Assembly: GCA_947366545.1 (NCBI GenBank)
Contig: CANBAL010000001.1
Location: 50,168 to 114,167 of the forward strand
DNA: 64,000 bases
Reading direction: 5' to 3'
Source of the DNA: an uncultured Clostridia bacterium
GTDB taxonomy: Bacteria; Bacillota; Clostridia; Christensenellales; UBA1242
Below the pieces are notes generated by a model. The model saw only the letters and a program-made list of their open reading frames with translations. It was not told where the DNA came from and searched no databases. Within the stretch, counting starts at the first letter, position 1, and each line of letters starts with the position of its first letter. The position numbers and the translations under genes were made by a program. Shown here in pieces: positions 18,336 through 28,000 of the stretch.

Positions 18336-18974
18336 TTAACTTACCGTGATAATTGTACCGTCTTTTACACTAAAAATGCAGTTATACACCTTTTCATCCC
18401 TTCCTACAAGGGTAAAACACCAAAATAGTTCATTAAACTCAGGATTTTCCTTGCCTAACACTCTTAGGTAGGCCTCAAATCCCCGTTTAGTATAATGGTC
18501 AATCTGCGTTTTTAATTCTTTTTGCCCTATTTCAAGCGCTTTTTCTTGGTCAATGCCAAATTCTACGCCTTTGTTTACAAAGTTTATGGTGTTTTCCCCA
18601 TAGCTTAGTAAAATTTTATCTTCCGATTTAAGAGTGCGTTCAAGGTCGAACATATAACTTCCACCAACAAGCTCCAAAAGAACATTGTGCTTTTCTTCGT
18701 TTATCTTTATTACCGCACTTAGTCGCATATTTTCATAGATATTGTTTGAAAGATTTAAACAAACCAAGGCAAAGTCACATTTCTTTTGGCTTATGCCATC
18801 CTTAATGTATGGCTCCTCCCTTTTGCCCACGCTTATACTGGCATAGTCACCATTTGCTTCGCCGACAAAATACAGGTCGGTGATTTCAGACATATTCTCC
18901 TTTATATTATCCTGCTTTGCACATCCAACCATTATTAAAGGCAAAATTAGTATTAGCATTATAACTTTTTTCAT
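18336..18974 (-). CDS. Predicted lipoprotein, function unknown (possible PepSY-like C-terminus)
   Basis: The signal peptide with lipobox is MKKVIMLILILPLIMVGCAK. The C-terminal LFWCFTLVGRDEKVYNCIFSVKDGTIITVS resembles PepSY-type strands. Confidence 0.5.
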   Translation of the reverse strand: MKKVIMLILILPLIMVGCAKQDNIKENMSEITDLYFVGEANGDYASISVGKREEPYIKDGISQKKCDFALVCLNLSNNIYENMRLSAVIKINEEKHNVLLELVGGSYMFDLERTLKSEDKILLSYGENTINFVNKGVEFGIDQEKALEIGQKELKTQIDHYTKRGFEAYLRVLGKENPEFNELFWCFTLVGRDEKVYNCIFSVKDGTIITVS

Positions 18975-19046
18975 AGCACCACCCTAGAACTATAAATATG
19001 CCACTGCCTATGAAAATAAGACAAAAAATCAGGCTTTCGCCTGATT

Positions 19047-19307
19047 TTATCCCTGTTCTTGCTCCTCCGCAAACTTCTTTCGTGTTGATTCCCCGCCTCG
19101 CAAGTGTTTCTCAGCAAAATTTTCATCCAAAATCTTCTTCGTTTTATAGTATAGGGCAGGATCTATCCTTCTCAGTCTTTTGGAAACATCATTATGAATT
19201 GTACTTTTACTGTATCCAAACTCCTTTGCTGTCTCCCTTATTGTATCATGTGTAGTTGCTATGTGACTGGCTACATTGCGTACCCTTTCAACTAAATAAT
19301 CTCTCAC
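19047..19307 (-). CDS. spoIIID: Sporulation transcriptional regulator SpoIIID
   Basis: VRDYLVERVRNVASHIATTHDTIRETAKEFGYSKSTIHNDVSKRL...HLRGGESTRKKF aligns with B. subtilis SpoIIID (HDYIKERTIKIG...AKEFGVSKSTVHKDL...HLRGGEATK). I moved the start to the GTG at 19307, which is preceded by GGAGG 8 nt upstream. Confidence 0.85.
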   Translation of the reverse strand: MRDYLVERVRNVASHIATTHDTIRETAKEFGYSKSTIHNDVSKRLRRIDPALYYKTKKILDENFAEKHLRGGESTRKKFAEEQEQG

Positions 19308-19385
19308 AAGTTTTACCTCCACGATAATAACTTATGAGAGACTATCTCACTTTATGTCTAATTTTGTAAGTAATGGTCGAATACT

Positions 19386-19619
19386 TTACTTTTTACTAGA
19401 ATCTATCATTTTCACGATAGCTGGTACTGTCTTGATGTCTTCCACCTTATCGTCAGGTATGCTTAAACCAAACTCATCTTCAAGTGTCATAAGCATCTCA
19501 ACAACATCAAGTGAATCTGCACCAAGATCATCTACGATATTTGCATCGTCTGCTATATCGTCTGTAGATATGCAAAGTTGCTCTGCAATCAATTTTTTTA
19601 CCTTTTCTAATGTGCTCAT
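19386..19619 (-). CDS. acpP: Acyl carrier protein
   Basis: DLGADSLDVVEMLMTLEDEFG contains the phosphopantetheine-attachment DSL motif. I chose the ATG at 19619, 5 nt after GGAGG. The ORF-track start is an upstream TTG. Confidence 0.85.
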   Translation of the reverse strand: MSTLEKVKKLIAEQLCISTDDIADDANIVDDLGADSLDVVEMLMTLEDEFGLSIPDDKVEDIKTVPAIVKMIDSSKK

Positions 19620-19640
19620 ATAGTCCTCCAACTATCAATC

Positions 19641-19670
19641 ATTATATATTAAGCCTGATAACCTTGTCAA
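19641..19670 (-). promoter_or_regulatory. Sigma-A-type promoter for acpP (TTGACA-18-TATAAT)
   Basis: The minus strand reads TTGACAaggttatcaggcttaataTATAATgattgatagttGGAGGactatATG. Confidence 0.5.
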
Positions 19671-19683
19671 CAAATTTAACTAT

Positions 19684-19710
19684 AAATAAAAAATGAACTT
19701 AAAGTTCATT
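19684..19710 (-). terminator. Hairpin plus U-tract after the M23 peptidase gene
   Basis: The minus strand reads AATGAACT-tta-AGTTCATT followed by TTTTAT, beginning at the stop codon. Confidence 0.45.
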
Positions 19711-20282
19711 TATTTATTTTGTAAATCTAAATAATTATTTGGATCTACTTCTTCACCATTGAGAGTCATATAAAAATGTAAGTGTGCATTTAAATCTTTC
19801 TCTGCTGATGCTGTTAAACCAGTCGTACCAAGTTGATCACCTGACTTCACGCTGTCACCCACCTTGACAAGAGCATCTTTATCAAGTGAGCAGTAGTAAC
19901 TTACAAGCCCGTCTTTATGAGTAACTTCGATTGTGTTGCCGATTAGATAATCATAATCCACCTTAGTTACTGTGCCGTCCATAATGCTGTAGACTTTATT
20001 ATTTTCACTTGTCATGTCTATCGCAAGATGAGCCTCCCACTGATTTAATGTTGTGTTCTCTTGAAGCGCCGTGGATGAGAAGTCTTTTACAATCGTTGGT
20101 GCCTCCATTGGAAGAGAAACCTTTAAACTGTTACCCCCTACATCTACGACATCCTTATTGGAATTTACCGCGGCAGTTATTGCAAATGTGAGGGTGACTG
20201 CAAGCACAATCGCTCCAACCCCGATGTAAACACCAAACCTTTTGAAGAACTCAACAAATTTGTTTTTTCTTTTTATGTTCAT
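19710..20282 (-). CDS. Membrane-anchored M23/LytM-family metallopeptidase (SpoIIQ-like by context)
   Basis: An N-terminal TM helix is followed by a C-terminal LytM fold with GNTIEVTHKDGLVSYYCSL...GDQLGTTG...AHLHFYMTLNGEEVDP (HxH retained). It lies one gene from spoIIID, as spoIIQ does in some Clostridia. Confidence 0.6.
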   Translation of the reverse strand: MNIKRKNKFVEFFKRFGVYIGVGAIVLAVTLTFAITAAVNSNKDVVDVGGNSLKVSLPMEAPTIVKDFSSTALQENTTLNQWEAHLAIDMTSENNKVYSIMDGTVTKVDYDYLIGNTIEVTHKDGLVSYYCSLDKDALVKVGDSVKSGDQLGTTGLTASAEKDLNAHLHFYMTLNGEEVDPNNYLDLQNK

Positions 20283-20372
20283 AGACCTTTTAACCTCCTA
20301 CCCCTTTTATTGACCGCATTGATAAGATTTATACACAAAATTTATCAATATTTTTATTATTCACAGCGTAAC

Positions 20373-20819
20373 TTAAAAACCTGTAAGTATCATAGGAAAG
20401 CCAACCAAAATGCTTTCATCAGTAAAAGCAATTTGAACATTATACTTTTTGCCTTCAACAAATCTATAATCATGATATTTTGCGTTGTAACCATTGACGA
20501 TGCGAGTGCTGCCCACATAATAAAAATCAGAGGAGTAGTCCAAAAACCTATTAACAAGCATGCTTTCATCGCAATTTTTATCAAAATAAAGAACATAACC
20601 CTTTACTTTGTCAAGTTTTATTTCTTTTACCTTGCCCGCACTTACCGTAATATAGACATCATTGCCGTTTATTACGGCATTTTCATCCTCAGCATGTGTA
20701 AGGTCGGTGACAAAGCAGACCTTTTCAAGGCCTTGGAAGTCAAATTCATCTCCTTTGGTGCCAAATACCACACCAAAGCCCACTAATGCTATCACAAAAA
20801 AAGCAACAATCCTTTTCAT
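20373..20819 (-). CDS. Secreted/membrane-anchored protein, possibly YwmB-like (DUF1779)
   Basis: It has an N-terminal signal/anchor, MKRIVAFFVIALVGFGVVFG. The C-terminal NVQIAFTDESILVGFPMILTGF resembles the N.Q.A....(I/L).(V/L)G.P.I motif that ends YwmB-type proteins. This is a weak, motif-level call. Confidence 0.3.
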   Translation of the reverse strand: MKRIVAFFVIALVGFGVVFGTKGDEFDFQGLEKVCFVTDLTHAEDENAVINGNDVYITVSAGKVKEIKLDKVKGYVLYFDKNCDESMLVNRFLDYSSDFYYVGSTRIVNGYNAKYHDYRFVEGKKYNVQIAFTDESILVGFPMILTGF

Positions 20820-20880
20820 AAGAAAATTGTTGCCTTATTAGTTTAGGTTATATTTTTTTGTTAAAATAATTTTGACGATT

Positions 20881-21120
20881 TTAAACGAATGCGAAATAAC
20901 CGCATACTATCATTCCAGCAAATGCTATTACGCTGCCTAAGATTAAAAGCGAAAGCCTTAATTTAGGGCTAAGTCCCTTTTTTGCTACCTCTTTTGGCAC
21001 TGTGTTTACATTATTCACCTCGGCAGGTGTGACATTTTCCACCTGCGGCGTTACCGGTGGTTTCGGAATATTTGGCCTTGGTGGAGGTGGTGGTGGCACC
21101 CGTCTGAAATTATTTTCCAT
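20881..21120 (-). CDS. Small proline-rich tail-anchored membrane protein
   Basis: It has a strong SD (AAAGGAGAAACA-ATG). The N-terminus is RRVPPPPPPRPNIPKPPVTP and the C-terminal TM helix is LSLLILGSVIAFAGMIVCGYFAFV. Confidence 0.55.
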   Translation of the reverse strand: MENNFRRVPPPPPPRPNIPKPPVTPQVENVTPAEVNNVNTVPKEVAKKGLSPKLRLSLLILGSVIAFAGMIVCGYFAFV

Positions 21121-21168
21121 TGTTTCTCCTTTGATATAGCTAAATTATAAAATAATGACTTTATTATG

Positions 21169-21723
21169 TCAAACATTTTCAAGCGGATTGTTTCCCCAGT
21201 GCTCCTTAACATTTGTATTTCCATCCAAGCCTTCCACTGCTATTGTCATAATATAGGTTCGGTCACCTCGCAAATGGCTACCCTCGCCTATTATTATGCT
21301 AGAACATAGGCCTATCTTCCCCTGTGAAATAAGTTTTTCTTTATAATAATAGTAGCCGTCATCACCTTTTGCCCAATTATTAGATGTGACAAACTGCATA
21401 TCTGCTGTCGAACTGTTTGCCATAAAAACATACACCTTGGCACGAATATAAAGTTCGCCCTCGGTTTCCGCATTCCTGATGCTTACAATTTGCGACAATT
21501 TCTCTCCTTCCAAAAAGCCACCTGAAAAAGTAAAGGATGCGGTTGACGCCTCATTCTTTTTTACACTAATTTCAATATTATTGCCAAGTTGCATATCGGT
21601 TTGTTGTGTGTTACTTGATGAAAAATACCACCCCGATATTCCCAAATATACCGAAATGCCAAGTAAAATTAAAAGAGAAACACATGCAAAAAGCCAACCG
21701 TAATAAGCATTATTCTTTTTCAT
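21169..21723 (-). CDS. Exported protein with TasA/camelysin-like (SipW-type) N-terminal region
   Basis: The hydrophobic N-terminus is followed by SGWYFSSSNTQQTDMQLGNNIEISV. This resembles the G.W/YAxF(S/T/N)D...G.L.L start of the TasA/CalY class. LYIRAKVYV is also typical of that fold family. The call is motif-level only. Confidence 0.4.
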   Translation of the reverse strand: MKKNNAYYGWLFACVSLLILLGISVYLGISGWYFSSSNTQQTDMQLGNNIEISVKKNEASTASFTFSGGFLEGEKLSQIVSIRNAETEGELYIRAKVYVFMANSSTADMQFVTSNNWAKGDDGYYYYKEKLISQGKIGLCSSIIIGEGSHLRGDRTYIMTIAVEGLDGNTNVKEHWGNNPLENV

Positions 21724-21769
21724 AATAACCTCTTAAATTAGGTTGGCTTTATATTGATACTTTTATTCT

Positions 21770-23152
21770 TTAAATTCGATGAGATTGTGCTTTCCGTCTT
21801 TTGTTTCTTTCATTTCTAAATCTATTTATCTGCTCTTGTTTGAAAATACGGCTTTCCTCCTCAAGTTGCTCCTTGCGTTTCTGCCATTTGTATTTTCTGT
21901 TTCCAAAGCTGAAATCGTAAATTGAAACCGCTCCGCCAAGGATAAGGAAAATGTAGTATGTCAAAAGTCGCCATAGTAGTAACGCCCAAACAACCGCACC
22001 ACCACCGACGCTTGCAAAGGCCGCTGTGAACATCATTTTGAAGGAAATTTCGTTCATACCTGAGCCGCCTGGGAGTGGGAAACATCCAGAAGCCAGTTCA
22101 ACCATGATACCCATGACAAAGTAATTTATAAATTCACCTGGTTGTGGACCTGCAAATAGGCAAACTATAAAGTATGGGATGGAGAATTTAAACAGATATT
22201 TAAGAAGATTTAAACCAAAAAGTACTATAAAATCCTTAAAGGATTTCATATACTGCTGAACTACACTTTGGAAATCCTCAATATATTTTGATATCTTTGC
22301 ATACTGTTTTTCATAGTTTTTGACTATCTTCATTTTCTGCAAAAGTTTTAAGGTTTTGACAACAAGTTTTCTGCCCACGCTTTTACTAATTGAAAGGAAA
22401 GCAACCAAGAATAACAGCAAACTGCCAAGCACAAAACCTATGGCAGAAACCACCGCAATACCGTTAGAGGCATTTGGCGAAGATGTGAAGAAGATTATCA
22501 TACAAATGAAACTGACTACTGTCCACACTATCTGTGAGAAAATATATTTTGCAAAAGGCACAGCGAGTGAGGTGTGCATTGGCACATCATGACTTTTAAA
22601 ATAAGTGATTTGGAAAGGTTGTCCCCCTGTCCCAAGTGGTGTAATAGAGTCGTAATATCGGCCTATGGTATGCACCTTAAAACACAAGGCAAAACGATAT
22701 TTGCCTATCGATTTTTTTAACAGATAACTCATAGACAATATTTCGCAAAGCTGCTCGCCCGCAAACAAAAGTAATAATACTACAATCGCCCATGCGTGAA
22801 TTGGCAAATCGCCAAGAGGAACAAAACCTTCGGTAAGAATATTCCATGTAAGTATTGCCGCCAAAATAACTAGGTTAAGTATGAAAAAACATATATTTGT
22901 TATCTTTTTCTTTCTACTGCCCTGTTTTGCCACAGATTGCTCGGCCTCATCAAACTTGCCTTTCTGCTCGTCTGACAATACGGTGTCCTCTTTTAAGAGT
23001 TTTCGCTGTTTACTCTTTTTAAGTTTTTCCTTGTTTTTTACAACAATGTTTACATCTGCAAGGTCTACTAAATTTAGTTCTTCACTAGGCAAAGAACCAC
23101 TCTCTTGAGTGGTCAAAACAGTATTTTCTATTTTCTTTGCCTTTTTGTCCAT
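21770..23152 (-). CDS. Flippase-like (lysylphosphatidylglycerol synthase TM region / UPF0104) membrane protein with charged N-terminal extension
   Basis: A polytopic protein containing GRYYDSITPLGTGGQPFQI, the family signature. About 85 aa of Lys/Glu-rich cytoplasmic N-terminus precede the first TM helix. Confidence 0.6.
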   Translation of the reverse strand: MDKKAKKIENTVLTTQESGSLPSEELNLVDLADVNIVVKNKEKLKKSKQRKLLKEDTVLSDEQKGKFDEAEQSVAKQGSRKKKITNICFFILNLVILAAILTWNILTEGFVPLGDLPIHAWAIVVLLLLFAGEQLCEILSMSYLLKKSIGKYRFALCFKVHTIGRYYDSITPLGTGGQPFQITYFKSHDVPMHTSLAVPFAKYIFSQIVWTVVSFICMIIFFTSSPNASNGIAVVSAIGFVLGSLLLFLVAFLSISKSVGRKLVVKTLKLLQKMKIVKNYEKQYAKISKYIEDFQSVVQQYMKSFKDFIVLFGLNLLKYLFKFSIPYFIVCLFAGPQPGEFINYFVMGIMVELASGCFPLPGGSGMNEISFKMMFTAAFASVGGGAVVWALLLWRLLTYYIFLILGGAVSIYDFSFGNRKYKWQKRKEQLEEESRIFKQEQINRFRNERNKRRKAQSHRI

Positions 23153-23158
23153 GATTAT

Positions 23159-23187
23159 ACTATATCAAAATAAAAGACCCTTGTCAA
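23159..23187 (-). promoter_or_regulatory. Promoter placed for a leaderless transcript of the flippase-like gene (TTGACA-17-TATAGT, 6 nt, ATG)
   Basis: The minus strand reads TTGACAagggtcttttattttgaTATAGTataatcATGGAC. There is no SD and no alternative in-frame Met for about 100 codons. Confidence 0.45.
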
Positions 23188-23202
23188 ATATACAAGGGAC
23201 TT
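23166..23202 (-). terminator. Hairpin plus U-tract after the PrsA-like gene (overlaps the next promoter)
   Basis: The minus strand reads CCCTTGT-atatttg-ACAAGGG with flanking A/T pairs, then CTTTTATTTT. Confidence 0.45.
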
Positions 23203-23206
23203 TTAT

Positions 23207-25000
23207 TTATTTTATTAAATCAGCGTAAGCACTACCATGATATGTGATTTTATATTGGTCTTGAAGCTCCTTCATATTGAGATTTTGGAAAAGAGCAAAC
23301 TTATCTGTCATAAGTGTATCATAGATTACATCAAAATAAGTTTTTCCTGTAAAACGATTCACATAGGTGGAGTTTAACACCTCGATTGGAGTAAGCCCGT
23401 CTTCATTTTTCCCATCGTTTGTAAGTGAGAAATCTTCTTTAATACCAGTGAATGCATTTTGAAGTTCGCCTACATAGAATAGTACATGAATTCCGTTTTC
23501 AGTAATAACAGGTGTTGATACTGCACCAACCTCACCTTGTTTATATAACTCAACCGCCATATCGGTGAACTCGGTGACATAATTTGAATATACCTTAAAT
23601 TCCTCGCCTTCTTCGGCTTGAGATTTATTTACACCGATAGTATAACAATTTTGTGCATTTATCATGCCTGGGTCGTCATTATATCTGTAAATAAAGTCAT
23701 TGAATAAAGCAAACTTGTTATCTTCTGATGACGCTAAGTCAACATCTTTCTTAATATCAGCAGCAAGTTTAAATGGGTCTACTGGAGCCGCTGTGGTATC
23801 AACTTTATACTCACCATTTTTCTGCGTCCTGATAACAGGTTTAATTTTACTTGCAAGAAGGGAAAGTGCCTCTTGATATTCATCCTCAGTTTTATAGCCG
23901 CCATTATTCTTCTTAGTTATGATTTCCTTATACTCATCAGACTGCTTTATGATGTCATCAAACTTGAAAAGTATATGCGCCACTTGGAAGAATCTTGTGT
24001 CGGTGCCTGCTGGCTTATCTTTATCCTCTCTATAATAGTAAATTTTAGTGGAGTCGCTTTGCATATTCTCTTCATACTTAGCATCGTTCTCTGTTACATA
24101 CTGAGTGTAAGATGCACTTACCATTGCGGTATAAAGATTAAGCATTTGATCTATTGTAACGGTTGATTTATGTGTGTAATTAGTGAAATACTCATCATAT
24201 TTTGAAATCATATAATTTTCATAGCACTGTTTATACAACTCATCAATTTCGCGAAGGAAGATTGATTCTGTATCTGTCGAAAGGTTTAACCCCTTCTCAT
24301 CTGCTTTGAGCGCTTGAAGATATTTGTTAAAGGCCTTTTTATAAGTGCTTGAACCGGACTGATTAACATTAGTGAAGAAGTTTATCCAAATAAGTTCTCT
24401 GTCCTTGCCATCCTCATTTTCGTAGTCGCGTGGGGTTGTATACTCAAATCTATTGATTGCTTTAGTAGGAACATCATTTCTTACAATCTCTAGAGTGCCA
24501 GTAACGCCACTGAGACTTGCTTTTGGGCTATAACCATCAAATTTTCTTGTGTCGGCAGCCGAGGTTGAACCCTGAGAGGTGGCACCATTGCTTGTGCCAA
24601 GTATTTTATCAAGTTGAGCCTTAAAATTGCTTTCAAGTGCATCCGCTGTTTGTTGCCAAATATATGTTTTTTCCTTTTCAGTCAAATCTTTTTTGAATAA
24701 TCTTTCTGCCTCGCGTACTGTCACCCTTCGATTAACAAGAAGTTCGAGGGTCCTGTCCATTGCTTCAGCCTCATCTTTTGCACCATAATATTGCATAAAG
24801 TAATATTTATAACTATCATAGGCCTCAATAAGTTCCTTCTTTTTTATCTCTACCCTTTCAGAACTTTCTTTATCAACCATTGTTATTACGGTCTCATTCA
24901 AATATTTTTCTCTATTGAGCGTGATAAGACTACACCCCGAAAGTAATGAGGTGCAAAATACCATTAAACATAAAAATATTCCTATCCATCTAGTTTTCAT
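23207..25000 (-). CDS. PrsA/SurA-like foldase lipoprotein (parvulin-type PPIase-like C-terminus)
   Basis: The lipobox is LLSGCSL. FQVAHILFKF and GIHVLFYVG are parvulin-like motifs. It sits immediately downstream of mfd, as in many Firmicutes. I chose the ATG at 25000 after GGAGAAATA. Confidence 0.55.
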   Translation of the reverse strand: MKTRWIGIFLCLMVFCTSLLSGCSLITLNREKYLNETVITMVDKESSERVEIKKKELIEAYDSYKYYFMQYYGAKDEAEAMDRTLELLVNRRVTVREAERLFKKDLTEKEKTYIWQQTADALESNFKAQLDKILGTSNGATSQGSTSAADTRKFDGYSPKASLSGVTGTLEIVRNDVPTKAINRFEYTTPRDYENEDGKDRELIWINFFTNVNQSGSSTYKKAFNKYLQALKADEKGLNLSTDTESIFLREIDELYKQCYENYMISKYDEYFTNYTHKSTVTIDQMLNLYTAMVSASYTQYVTENDAKYEENMQSDSTKIYYYREDKDKPAGTDTRFFQVAHILFKFDDIIKQSDEYKEIITKKNNGGYKTEDEYQEALSLLASKIKPVIRTQKNGEYKVDTTAAPVDPFKLAADIKKDVDLASSEDNKFALFNDFIYRYNDDPGMINAQNCYTIGVNKSQAEEGEEFKVYSNYVTEFTDMAVELYKQGEVGAVSTPVITENGIHVLFYVGELQNAFTGIKEDFSLTNDGKNEDGLTPIEVLNSTYVNRFTGKTYFDVIYDTLMTDKFALFQNLNMKELQDQYKITYHGSAYADLIK

Positions 25001-25072
25001 TATTTCTCCAATCAATTATTTCCATAATAGCATAATTTAGTATCAAATTTCAAGCGTTTTTATCTACTTTTC

Positions 25073-28000
25073 TTATTTTACCTCGCTTGCAAGCAAGAGT
25101 GAAATCATCCTATCCACCTTTTGCTGCGAATTTGCCATCATATTGAAGGAAATTTTTGGCAATGAGTCGAAAGATAATACCCCGCCAAACTCCTTTAAAT
25201 TGTTTGCAAGGGAACGAGGAATTATATCTTCACTCTTATTTAATGTAAGCGAGCAAGTGGTGCTGTTTATCCTCACCTTGATAATTCCAAATTTTGCTGC
25301 AAGATTTTTTAAAAGTGCAAGGCGACATAGGTTTTTCACCTCTTGTGGCACCGTCCCAAAGCCGTCTTCCATTGATTTTAATAGTTCGTTTTCTTCTTCC
25401 TCACTGGAAATATTGCTGATTTTTGTATACATAAGTATACGCTCATCACTTGACGAGATATAGTCTTCAAGAATATATGCGTCAAGGCTGATTTCAAGTT
25501 TTACATCATTTTCAGCATCTACTTTCTTTCCTTGCAGTTCCTTCACCGCCTCGTCAAGAAGTTTTACGAACATATCATAACCCACCTTTTCGATATGGCC
25601 GTGCTGAGCCTTTCCAAAGATATTACCTGCGCCACGTATCTCAAGATCCCGCATTGCTATCTTAAAGCCACTACCAAGTTCGCTAAACTCTTTGATGGCA
25701 CTAAGGCGTTTATAAGCGTCCTCCGTCATGATTTTGTTTTTATCATACAAAAGGTATGCGTAACTTAATTTATCACTTCGGCCTATTCTTCCCCTAATTT
25801 GATATAGTTGACCTAAACCTAACTTATCAGCATCAACAATCAGCATGCTATTAGCCTGTGGCAAATCTATTCCATTTTCAATAAGCGTGGTGGAAATAAG
25901 TATGTCATATTCCCCTTCATAGAGTTTATTGATAATTCCTTCAAGTTCACGCTCAGCCATTTGGCCATGGGCGATACCCACCCTTGCCTTTGGCACAAGG
26001 TGACGAATAAAAGAAGCAAACTCAACTATTGTTTCTACGCGGTTATAAATTATAAAACTTATACCGCCCCTAGCAAGTTCACGCGAAAGGACATCTTTGA
26101 TAAGTTCATCAGTCTGCTCGGTAACATAAGTTTGAATTGGCAAGCGCTCGCGAGGTGGCGTCTCAATAATACTTATATCTCTTATTCCTGACAGCGACAT
26201 ATTAAGCGTCCTAGGAATTGGAGTGGCAGAAAGTGACAGAACATCTACACTGCGTTTTGCATTCTTGATTTTTTCCTTATCTTCCACACCAAAGCGTTGC
26301 TCTTCATCCAAGATAAGCAGACCTAAATCTTTGAACACAACATCTTTTCCAAGCAACCGATGAGTGCCGATAAGCATATCGACCTGTCCCTCTTTAAGTC
26401 TAGTCAAGATGTCCTTCACTTCTCGTGTGGTCTTAAACCTATTAAGCACCTCTACTTTAACGCCAAACTCTTCCATTCTTTTTTTAGCGGTGAGGTAATG
26501 CTGTTGAGAAAGTATTGTTGTAGGACAAAGAAGTGCCACCTGTTTTCCATTATAGATAGACTTAAATGCCGCCCTGAGTGCCACCTCAGTTTTACCAAAA
26601 CCGACATCTCCACAAATCAGCCTATCCATAATCTTGTCACTTTCCATATCTTTCTCAATATCGGCAATCGCTTTTAGTTGGTCATTAGTCTCATTAAACC
26701 CGAAGGCATCAGCGAACTTTTTATCAAGAAACTCATCCCGTTTAAACTTATAACCTTTGGCATGCTGTCTTTCATTATATATCTCGGTTAGGCTTATCGC
26801 CATTTCTTTAAGTCCGCTTTTAACGCGTGCTTTCAGTCTTGAAAATTCTGCTCCGCCAAGTGAAGAAAGGCGTGGATTTATTTCACTGCCTACATATGCA
26901 GAAATTGTATTTGCCTCTTCACTAGGCAGATATAATATGCCGCCGCCCTTATACTCAATTACAAAATAGTCCTTTTCATAATCGCCAAGTTTCAGCCTTT
27001 CAATACTGATACATTTACCTATACCATGGAAGGTATGGACAACATAATCCCCAAGTTTTGGAAGATAAAATACCGCGTGTTTCCCCTTAGTAAAAGTGGA
27101 GACATTTTGTTTGAAAAGGCTGTCTATTCCTATCGCAAGCACCCTTTCCTTTAAAAAACTATAACTAAAAGGAAAACTTTGGCTTGAAACATAAATTTTC
27201 CCCTGCTGCAAAACCTCTTTTTCATAATCATGAAAAATAAGCCCATTTTCCGTTAAAAACTCTTTAAGTTTTTCCTTCCTATCACCAGCATATAGAATAA
27301 TCCCCAAGTTCATTTGCAGCGCACTTAGTAAATCCTGTTTGAGCGCCATAAAATCTGTAAGGTATGAGCGAGAAGGAAGTTTATGGTTTTCATAGGCGTT
27401 TTCATTAAAATAAGGACTATTGAATATTAGATCTGCTTTTGAGGACAAATCTTCAAAATATGGGTAGTCCTCCCTTTTAAAATACGAAAGGGAAGAATAA
27501 CTTTTAAGTAACAACTCAAACTCATCCTCTATTCGTTTCGGCTCGTCTATTACCTTATACCCTTCAAGAGAGAATATATCATCCTCTCCTACCCTTAAAA
27601 CAGCCGGCAAGATTTTGCAAGATTTAAGCGGCTTTATATTCTTCATACTGGCGGGGTCAAAGGTATACATTGCCTCAATCTCATCACCAAAAAACTCTAT
27701 ACGATAAGGATTACTTTCCCCGACAACAAAGATATCAAGTATATCACCACGAAGGGCAAATTCGCCCTCCTTAGTCACCAAATCTTCACGGGTATAACCT
27801 AGGTTAATAAGTTTGGTTGTAAGGTTTGTTAGTTCATGTTCCTCCCCAGCCATAAGGCTAACACTTTCTTTATATATTGCAAGGTCAAGCTTTGTAAGTG
27901 CAGAGCATGGCAGCACCAAAAGTATGTCGATGTTTCCCGTCAGAAAACCATTAAGAGCGGAAACATATGGAATGAGGTTTGCGTCCTTTTCTTGTTTCCC

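Noticed and set aside
20310-20786. A 158-aa + strand ORF
   Set aside because: It is antisense to the 148-aa secreted protein gene (20373..20819). The translation is Ile/Phe/Lys/Tyr junk typical of AT-rich antisense frames. It has no SD and no signal or domain features.
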